Part shown: positions 57,425 to 64,000 of the stretch, piece by piece
How the letters are laid out: each line of letters starts with the position of its first letter
Position numbering within the stretch: position 1 is the first letter of the stretch
From: Candidatus Zixiibacteriota bacterium
Lineage (GTDB): Bacteria > Zixibacteria > MSB-5A5 > GN15 > JAAZOE01
Assembly: GCA_043819555.1 (NCBI GenBank)
Contig: JBDREQ010000025.1
Coordinates: 32,001 to 96,000 of the forward strand
DNA: 64,000 nt
Direction of reading: 5' to 3'
Made by a program: the position numbers and the translations under genes
The notes under the pieces: generated by a model
What the model was told of the DNA's origin: nothing
What the model saw: the letters and a program-made list of their open reading frames with translations, nothing else
The model's database searches: none

Positions 57425-58585
57425 ATGGTATCAATAAATTACGCATCGAAAGAGGTTAGTTGCAAAATCGTTTATTACGGCCCCGGGTTATCGGGTAAAA
57501 CGACCAATTTGCAATATGTCCATGCGAAGGTACCTTCCAATACGAAGGGTAAATTGATTTCGCTGGCTACAGACGCCGATCGGACCCTGTATTTCGATTT
57601 TCTGCCGATAAATATTGGGAAAATTAATGGTTTTGACGCCAAATTTCAGCTCTATACAGTTCCCGGACAGGTTTATTACAACGCCACGCGGAAACTTGTT
57701 TTACGGGGAGCAGATGGTGTTGTCTTTGTGGCCGATTCGCAACCGGATAAACGGGACGAAAATATTGAATCGCTTAATAATCTCAAGGAAAATCTGGCAG
57801 AGTATGATTTTAAGATCGAGGAGATGCCGTTTGTCATTCAATATAATAAGCAGGACCTGCCGGGAGTTTTTAGCGCCGAAGAGCTTCATGCCTTTCTTAA
57901 TACAGGCAATTGGCCGGAGTTTTGTGCTTCGGCGACAGAGGGCTTTGGCGTATTTGATACATTAAAGTGTATCTTGAAACTTGTTCTGGATAAGGCAAAA
58001 TCGGCAGGAAATGTTACAAAGCCCGCCCAATCTGCCTCAATTCAGACTGCACCTCGAGCTACTTTTCAAACGTCTCCTACTCCAATTCATCAGCCAGAAG
58101 TACCTCAGGTGTCACAACCAGCACCGTTTGCTCAACCAAGACCGGCACCGACTTCTATGGTCCCGGATCAGCCGGTACAGACGATACCACGGCCGGTCAC
58201 TCCGGCAGCATCCATGATTCAAGATACGAAACGCCCCTCAGAACAGGTTGCGCGGCCAAATTTGGAGTCGGATGAGCCTGTTGAACGACCAGCTGTATTT
58301 CAGCGCGAGCCGGTTGAGCAAAATAATGAAAAAGCCCCGTCATACGAAGCGAATTACCGGCCTTTTCCTGGTAATACCGCTGATGATGAAAAACGCATGC
58401 AATTTTCTCATCAAAAACAAAGCGTCAATTCACATATAACTAAAGCCGAAACTTACAATCCGAGCATCGGGGATGAAGATAAGAATCATTCTTCACATCC
58501 TCAAATGGCGCCATCGCTGCGCGCTGAATCGACCGAAAAGCCCAAAAAGCGGTCATTCTTTAAGCGCTTGTTTGGATTAAAATAA
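57425..58585 (+). CDS. mglA: MglA-family small GTPase with long Pro/Gln-rich C-terminal extension
   Basis: INY...E..CKIVYYGPGLSGKTTNL (G1), DRTLYFDF (intrinsic Arg finger), TVPGQ (G3) and NKQD (G4). Confidence 0.93.
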   Translation: MVSINYASKEVSCKIVYYGPGLSGKTTNLQYVHAKVPSNTKGKLISLATDADRTLYFDFLPINIGKINGFDAKFQLYTVPGQVYYNATRKLVLRGADGVVFVADSQPDKRDENIESLNNLKENLAEYDFKIEEMPFVIQYNKQDLPGVFSAEELHAFLNTGNWPEFCASATEGFGVFDTLKCILKLVLDKAKSAGNVTKPAQSASIQTAPRATFQTSPTPIHQPEVPQVSQPAPFAQPRPAPTSMVPDQPVQTIPRPVTPAASMIQDTKRPSEQVARPNLESDEPVERPAVFQREPVEQNNEKAPSYEANYRPFPGNTADDEKRMQFSHQKQSVNSHITKAETYNPSIGDEDKNHSSHPQMAPSLRAESTEKPKKRSFFKRLFGLK

Positions 58586-58601
58586 AGGGGAGGAAATTCC
58601 C

Positions 58602-59090
58602 GTGAGTGATGATAGTCTGATATTATATGAGGAAGAGATCGAGCGGATTGATTCTTTATTGACCAAGTTATTAAAAGGAGCGGAAGCGAAATGCGCCCTA
58701 TTGGTTGATAAGGATGGCCATCTCATCACGCGCCAGGGTTTTACGCACTCCCTGGATACAACCGCGCTGGCGGCACTTCTGGCCGGCTCGTTCGCTTCAA
58801 CCAAAGAGATTGCCCGATTGGTTGGTGAATCAGAGTTCTCGGTCCTGTTTCATCAGGGCAAAAAAGACCATATCCACATGTCTATCGTGGGAGAACGTTC
58901 GATAATGGTTGTGATTTTTGATGATCGCACCACGATAGGAATGGTGCGCCTGTACGCCAAGGAAGCATCGGAAGAATTAGCCAAAGTGTTTGCGCAAATA
59001 ATGGATCGTCCTCAAGAGGATCATCCGGAAATGTCAGCCGATTTTGCAGCTTCGGCGGGCGATAAACTGGATGATATATTTAAGGATTGA
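58602..59090 (+). CDS. mglB: MglB Roadblock protein (GAP) with acidic C-terminal helix
   Basis: L..YEEE, LVDK.G.LI, DTT.LA.L.AG, EF...FH.G, VVIFD.RT..G.VRL and C-terminal LDDIF; closely matches Myxococcus MglB as recalled. Confidence 0.9.
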   Translation: MSDDSLILYEEEIERIDSLLTKLLKGAEAKCALLVDKDGHLITRQGFTHSLDTTALAALLAGSFASTKEIARLVGESEFSVLFHQGKKDHIHMSIVGERSIMVVIFDDRTTIGMVRLYAKEASEELAKVFAQIMDRPQEDHPEMSADFAASAGDKLDDIFKD

Positions 59091-59247
59091 CCCCGAGCAA
59101 AGAATTGATCGCGGCCGCCGCGGAAGGAAAGGCGCGGCATTGATATTTTATTTTAGAGCTTCGCCCCCTGGTTCCGCCCGCGTTCCGCGGATATAACACT
59201 GGGCACATCATACGGGAAAGTACTTATGCCATTATGGAGAGACATTA

Positions 59248-60945
59248 ATGTCCGCTGAATTAGGAACCATGCTGGTAAAGGCCGGCAAAATTTCCGAAGA
59301 TCAATTGGAAAAAGCGCTGGCCATGAAGGAGCAGAATAATGAATATTTTGGCGAAGCCCTCGTCAAAGTAGGAGCCATTGGCAGCGAAGAAGAGCTCTCC
59401 CATTTTATCAGCAAGCAACTGAATATGGGATCTTTGCGTCTTGCCGACGTAGAGTTAAATCCGGAAGTTGTCGCCCTGATTCCCAATGATATTGCCCGCA
59501 AATTTAATGTCATAGCCGTTTCAAAACTCAAGAAAATTCTTATTGTCGCGATTGCAGACCCTAATAATGTTTATGTTCTTGACGCTATAAAATTCATTAC
59601 CGGCTGTAATGTACAGCCGGTAATTTCTCCAGAAAACGCCATCACCAAGGCGATTGAAAAATATTATCGTTCAGATAGTGGGGTTAGCGCCATCCTCAAA
59701 GGTCTTGAAGACGAGGATGAACTTGAGGTTGTTTCTGTTTCCGACGAAGAGCTCAGCGAAATGGACTTGCAGTCGGCGGTTCAGGACAAACCATTGGTTC
59801 GCCTGGTCGATTCGATTATCAAAGAAGCCGTTCGCACCGGGGCCTCTGATATTCATATCGAAATGTACGAACGACGGATTCGCGTGCGCTATCGAGTCGA
59901 TGGCAACCTTAAAGAGATGGATCCTTTGCCGTTCAAATATCGGGCAGCAATTATATCTCGCATAAAAATCATGGCGGATCTGGATATTTCCGAACGGCGT
60001 TTACCTCAGGATGGGCGCATAAAAATTAAGCTCGACAATCGTACTGTTGACCTTCGTGTTTCCGTTTTGCCGACTATTTTTGGTGAGAAAGTGGTTATGC
60101 GAATTTTGGATTCGAATGCTTTAATGGTTGATATGACCAAACTCGGTTTTGCAAAGAACTCGCTGAAGCGATTCGATAACGCCATTCATTTGCCATATGG
60201 AATAATTCTGGTGACCGGGCCAACCGGTTCAGGTAAAACGACTACTCTTTATTCGGCTCTGAAGCAGATTAATACCGAGGGTATAAACATAATGACTGCC
60301 GAAGATCCGGTTGAGTTTAACTTTGACGGGATCAACCAGATCGCTGTCAAGTCGGACATCGGTTTGACATTTGCCAAAGCATTGAGGTCTTTTTTGCGGC
60401 AGGACCCCGACGTGATAATGGTCGGTGAGATTCGAGATAGTGAAACAGCGGAAATAGCCATCCGAGCGGCATTAACCGGGCACTTAGTTTTCTCGACTCT
60501 GCATACCAATGACGCTCCCTCATCGATAAACCGGCTAATTGATATGGGTATTCCCAACTACCTGGTATCTTCAGCAACGCGGTTGATTATGGCTCAGCGT
60601 ATGACGAGGAAAATTTGTATCAATTGCAAGAGGGGTTATACTCTCACCGATGAAGATATACAAAACCTTGACGTTCCCGAACACCTTATCACAACCCGGG
60701 ATATTTTTGAATCTCCCGGCTGCAATGATTGTAACGGAACCGGCCAATCGGGCCGTACCGGTATATATGAAGTTATGCCGGTTTCAGAGGTGATTGAAGA
60801 CTTGATTTTAAGAAGAGCAACTGATATTGAAATTCGCAATAAGGCAGTTGAAGAGGGGATGCTGACATTGCGCATGGCCGCCGTTGATAAGCTAATGAGC
60901 GGCTTAATCAGTCTCAAAGAAGTCTTTGCCGTAACTGGTACTTAG
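59248..60945 (+). CDS. pilB: Type IV pilus assembly ATPase PilB
   Basis: ASDIHIE, R.PQDGRI, GPTGSGKTTTLY, LRQDPD.IMVGEIRD, TGHLV.STLHTN and Zn-binding CxxC twice. Confidence 0.95.
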   Translation: MSAELGTMLVKAGKISEDQLEKALAMKEQNNEYFGEALVKVGAIGSEEELSHFISKQLNMGSLRLADVELNPEVVALIPNDIARKFNVIAVSKLKKILIVAIADPNNVYVLDAIKFITGCNVQPVISPENAITKAIEKYYRSDSGVSAILKGLEDEDELEVVSVSDEELSEMDLQSAVQDKPLVRLVDSIIKEAVRTGASDIHIEMYERRIRVRYRVDGNLKEMDPLPFKYRAAIISRIKIMADLDISERRLPQDGRIKIKLDNRTVDLRVSVLPTIFGEKVVMRILDSNALMVDMTKLGFAKNSLKRFDNAIHLPYGIILVTGPTGSGKTTTLYSALKQINTEGINIMTAEDPVEFNFDGINQIAVKSDIGLTFAKALRSFLRQDPDVIMVGEIRDSETAEIAIRAALTGHLVFSTLHTNDAPSSINRLIDMGIPNYLVSSATRLIMAQRMTRKICINCKRGYTLTDEDIQNLDVPEHLITTRDIFESPGCNDCNGTGQSGRTGIYEVMPVSEVIEDLILRRATDIEIRNKAVEEGMLTLRMAAVDKLMSGLISLKEVFAVTGT

Positions 60946-61080
60946 AACGCGAAATTTCTTCCAAACACCAACAAGTAATAATTGGAAATGGGGAATAGCC
61001 AATAAATTTGCCATATTGGCTCATTTGTTCAACTTGTTTAATCGCAATAACTTATTATTGGCGTTTTAAGTCGGTGTCAC

Positions 61081-61108
61081 TTAAGATTTTCAATACATTT
61101 ACCGATAC
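61081..61108 (+). promoter_or_regulatory. Sigma28-like promoter upstream of pilT
   Basis: TTAAG-N15-ACCGATAC. Confidence 0.5.
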
Positions 61109-61172
61109 AATTAATGATACGATAGAGGCGCAATTCCGCTGAATATATAGTCGCTTTACTTTAGGAGATAAC

Positions 61173-62249
61173 ATGGTAACGTTGAGGGATCTTCTCCAGG
61201 AAATGGTCAAGATGGGGGCCTCCGATTTACATCTTACGGTTGGTATTCCACCCATGGTAAGAGTGGATGGAAATTTAGTACGAATGGAGCACGAGGTTTT
61301 AACCGCTGAAATGACATTGAAGCTGGCTTACAGCATCATGAATGAAAAACAGCGGAAGAAATTTGAAGAAAACAATGAACTGGACTTGTCGTTTGGCCTT
61401 GAGAATTTGAGCCGATTTCGCTGTAATGTATTTCGTCAGCGCGGTAATATTGCCGTCGCATTGCGGCAAATTCCCTTTAAGATAAAAACTTTTGAAGAAC
61501 TGGGATTGCCGAAAGTTGTTTCCGATATGGCCAATTTACCACGTGGCCTGGTTCTTGTTACCGGTCCGACCGGTTCAGGAAAATCGACTACTCTGGCCGC
61601 AATGATTGATAAAATCAATCGCGAGCGGCATGAGCATATTTTAACTGTTGAAGATCCGATTGAGTATTTACACCGACACAATAATTGTCTGGTAAATCAA
61701 AGAGAAGTTTTCAGCGATACGCCGTCATTTGGTTCGGCTCTAAAATACGCGTTGCGTGAGGATCCTGATGTAGTCCTGGTCGGTGAGATGAGAGATTTGG
61801 AAACAATTGAAGCGGCATTAAATATTTCAGAAACCGGCCACCTTGCCTTCGCGACGCTGCATACTAACTCGGCCGCCGAATCGATTAACCGCATCATCGA
61901 TGTATTTCCGACCAATCAGCAGGAGCAGATACGAGTTACCTTATCTTTCACATTGCAGTCGGTTATCGCCCAGCAATTAGTTCCGCGCATGGGCGGCGGA
62001 CGAGTATTGGCGATGGAAGTGATGGTTTGTACACCCGCCATTCGCGCGATAATTAGGGATGATAAGATACATCAAATATATAGTATGATTCAGTCAGGAC
62101 AGAAATACGGGATGCGAACGATGAATATGTCTCTGGGCGAATTATACCGTACTGGAAAAATAACCCTGAATGACGCGACAGGGCGCAGTTCCAATCCGCA
62201 GGAATTGACAGAGCTATTATCGAAACAGCCATCGCCCGCATTTGCATAA
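61173..62249 (+). CDS. pilT: Type IV pilus retraction ATPase PilT
   Basis: ASDLHL..G.PP, GPTGSGKSTTLAA, EDPIE, ALREDPD..LVGEMRD.ET and AIRAIIR (AIRNLIRE-like). Confidence 0.96.
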   Translation: MVTLRDLLQEMVKMGASDLHLTVGIPPMVRVDGNLVRMEHEVLTAEMTLKLAYSIMNEKQRKKFEENNELDLSFGLENLSRFRCNVFRQRGNIAVALRQIPFKIKTFEELGLPKVVSDMANLPRGLVLVTGPTGSGKSTTLAAMIDKINRERHEHILTVEDPIEYLHRHNNCLVNQREVFSDTPSFGSALKYALREDPDVVLVGEMRDLETIEAALNISETGHLAFATLHTNSAAESINRIIDVFPTNQQEQIRVTLSFTLQSVIAQQLVPRMGGGRVLAMEVMVCTPAIRAIIRDDKIHQIYSMIQSGQKYGMRTMNMSLGELYRTGKITLNDATGRSSNPQELTELLSKQPSPAFA

Positions 62250-62261
62250 GGAGTAAATGGT

Positions 62262-63458
62262 ATGCCGGAATTTGAATATAAAGGTAAGACCCTGGCCGGG
62301 GTTCAAGTCAGCGGTACGTTAAAGGCCAAAAATCAGCAGGATATGGAAAGAATTCTCAGGCAGAATAGGATCCTGGTTTCCAATATTCGCAAAAAACCGA
62401 CTGATATCGCGATTAAATTCGGTACCGGAATAAAAAAGCAGTCCATTTCCCGCTTCACTCGACAATTTGCGACCATGATCGGCGCTGGTCTGCCAATGAT
62501 ACAATGCCTGGAGATTTTGGCTTCTCAGGTTGAATCGGTTGAGCTGCGCAAAGTTCTATACAAAGTCAAGGAATCAGTCCAGGGTGGTACGACTTTGGCC
62601 GACGCGTTGGCCCGCCATCCTAAAGTTTTTGACCAGCTTTATACTAACATGGTTGAGGCCGGCGAGATGGGTGGCGCTCTTGACGTAATTCTTGTTCGGT
62701 TGGCGGTTTATCGTGAAAAAGCCGACGCCCTGGTGCGCAAGGTTCGCGGGGCGATGATGTATCCGATTGTAATCAGCGTCGTGGCTACCGGCGTTACAAT
62801 TGCCATGTTAACTTTCGTAGTGCCTGTGTTTGCCAAAATGTTTGAAGGCCTTGGATCGGAATTGCCCGGACCTACTCTGGTCATTTTGGGAATATCGAAT
62901 TTTCTGGGATCAAAATTCATGTATATCATAGGCGCCATAATCGGTCTAATTGTTAGCTATAGGCTTTACGTCAAAACGCCCAAAGGCCGTTATAATGCCG
63001 ATAAGTTTTTTCTGGCGTTTCCGGTTTTGGGAACGCTTCTCAAGAAATCCGCGATTTCAAGGTTCGCACGTACCCTGGGAACCTTGCTCTCATCGGGTGT
63101 TTCGATTCTGGAAGCCCTTGATATTACCGCTAAAACGGCCGGTAACAGGGTTATTCATGATGCTATCAAAAAATCAGTGATATCCATTGCCGAAGGTGAT
63201 ACAATTACCGCCCCGTTGAAGGAAACCGGTGTTTTCCCTCCGATGGTAACGCAGATGATCTCGGTCGGTGAAAAAACCGGCGGATTGGATGAGATGCTCA
63301 ATAAGATAGCAGATTTTTATGATGAAGAAGTTGATGCCGCGGTAACGGCCCTGACATCGATTATTGAACCGGTGGTTATTGTATTTATGGGTGTGATAAT
63401 TGGTGGTATTTTGATTGCGATGTATTTACCTATGTTTGATATAATAGGAAAAATCTAA
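62262..63458 (+). CDS. pilC: Type IV pilus inner-membrane platform protein PilC (GspF family)
   Basis: FTRQ.ATMI.AG.P, AGE.GG.LD..L.RLA, A..YP, GE.TG.LD.ML.KIADFY and MYLPMF motifs. Confidence 0.95.
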   Translation: MPEFEYKGKTLAGVQVSGTLKAKNQQDMERILRQNRILVSNIRKKPTDIAIKFGTGIKKQSISRFTRQFATMIGAGLPMIQCLEILASQVESVELRKVLYKVKESVQGGTTLADALARHPKVFDQLYTNMVEAGEMGGALDVILVRLAVYREKADALVRKVRGAMMYPIVISVVATGVTIAMLTFVVPVFAKMFEGLGSELPGPTLVILGISNFLGSKFMYIIGAIIGLIVSYRLYVKTPKGRYNADKFFLAFPVLGTLLKKSAISRFARTLGTLLSSGVSILEALDITAKTAGNRVIHDAIKKSVISIAEGDTITAPLKETGVFPPMVTQMISVGEKTGGLDEMLNKIADFYDEEVDAAVTALTSIIEPVVIVFMGVIIGGILIAMYLPMFDIIGKI

Positions 63459-63465
63459 GCGGGTT

Positions 63466-63494
63466 AGGCGGGCCGGCCGGCCCGCCTTTTTTTT
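63466..63494 (+). terminator. Intrinsic terminator after pilC
   Basis: AGGCGGGCCG-GC-CGGCCCGCCT followed by a T tract. Confidence 0.8.
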
Positions 63495-63496
63495 GC

Positions 63497-64000
63497 ATGA
63501 GGTTGTCACAGGCATATCCGGGAATAAATGCAGGCTGGTTTGCGCCTCTTCGGCTGATGAATTTTTGCCTTATATTTTGGGGGATTGTCGGCTGGCTCGG
63601 GCTTCCCACGTATACACAAACTTCATTCTATTTATATTGCATTGCCACTCTGGCAGCTTTAATTTCGCTGGTATTTTTGCGCCGCACCGATTTTCGATTA
63701 CTATTTCGAGTATTGATTGCGCTGACTTTTGTCACTGAAATAGTCAATGAGGCTGGCATAGTTTATTCGACAGGGAGTCTTTATTCGCCGTTTTCGATCC
63801 TATTTTTACTGACAATTGTTTCATCGGCCATAGTTTATCGGCTGGCAGGAACACTGTTAATTGCCACCTGCGCCAGTTTTGCTTATGCGTTTGTGGCCTG
63901 GATAAATACAAATCTTCCAGTTCAGGAAAACCTGTTCTCACAGCCATTAGGTGGGAGTTTTCTAAACGCCGATGATGCCCATTTTTATTCGACCTTTTTA
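63497..64000 (+). CDS. PilS-like sensor kinase, N-terminal membrane domain (runs off window)
   Basis: Not in the ORF track because it has no stop. Translates MRLSQAYPG...IVYSTGSLYSPFSILFLLTIVSSA...; multi-TM with the TG...SPF..L motif, positioned after pilBTC. Confidence 0.6.
   Translation, partial: MRLSQAYPGINAGWFAPLRLMNFCLIFWGIVGWLGLPTYTQTSFYLYCIATLAALISLVFLRRTDFRLLFRVLIALTFVTEIVNEAGIVYSTGSLYSPFSILFLLTIVSSAIVYRLAGTLLIATCASFAYAFVAWINTNLPVQENLFSQPLGGSFLNADDAHFYSTFL

Noticed and set aside
59091..59247. c-di-GMP (GEMM) riboswitch before pilB
   Set aside because: The GGCAAAC..GAAA..GGGACGCAAA-type consensus is absent; kept only as an unexplained hairpin.
63493..63947. 81-aa (+) and 67-aa (-) ORFs in the track
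   Set aside because: Both overlap the more plausible pilS-like frame starting at 63497.

Overview
Gene-dense bacterial chromosomal window, mostly + strand, with no prophage, CRISPR array or transposase seen. Dockerin-tailed and FlgD-Ig/T9SS-like-tailed secreted proteins, bacillithiol genes, PFOR and Mgl/pil genes suggest an anaerobic FCB-group organism such as Zixibacteria (inference only). Housekeeping genes include corA, bshC-bshA-bshB1, tRNA-Sec, ktrB/A, miaB, aroC, pepA, nifJ, dcd, cobO, trxB, rpsT, murJ and comEC. The most striking region is 53.5-64 kb. It holds a DUF4388 protein, a small membrane protein, four different Roadblock/LC7 proteins (TPR-fused, membrane-anchored, stand-alone and canonical MglB) and an MglA GTPase. 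This MglA has a ~180-aa Pro/Gln-rich tether ending in a MinD-like amphipathic helix, and the cluster runs directly into pilB-pilT-pilC and a pilS-like gene. It is a candidate membrane-tethered small-GTPase switch coupled to type IV pili. Other observations: a 7/5-type bulged tRNA-Sec; a His-less hybrid pseudokinase next to an HDOD-DHp protein; a shared Rrf2/nifJ promoter motif; recurrent sigma28-like promoters; a candidate sigma54-driven structured RNA; an ArsR plus CC-rich mini-protein module; a hidden frameshift; degenerate SbnI-like and RNase H-like proteins; and an archaeal-like geranylgeranyl reductase with its ferredoxin. All family calls come from motif recognition, not database searches.
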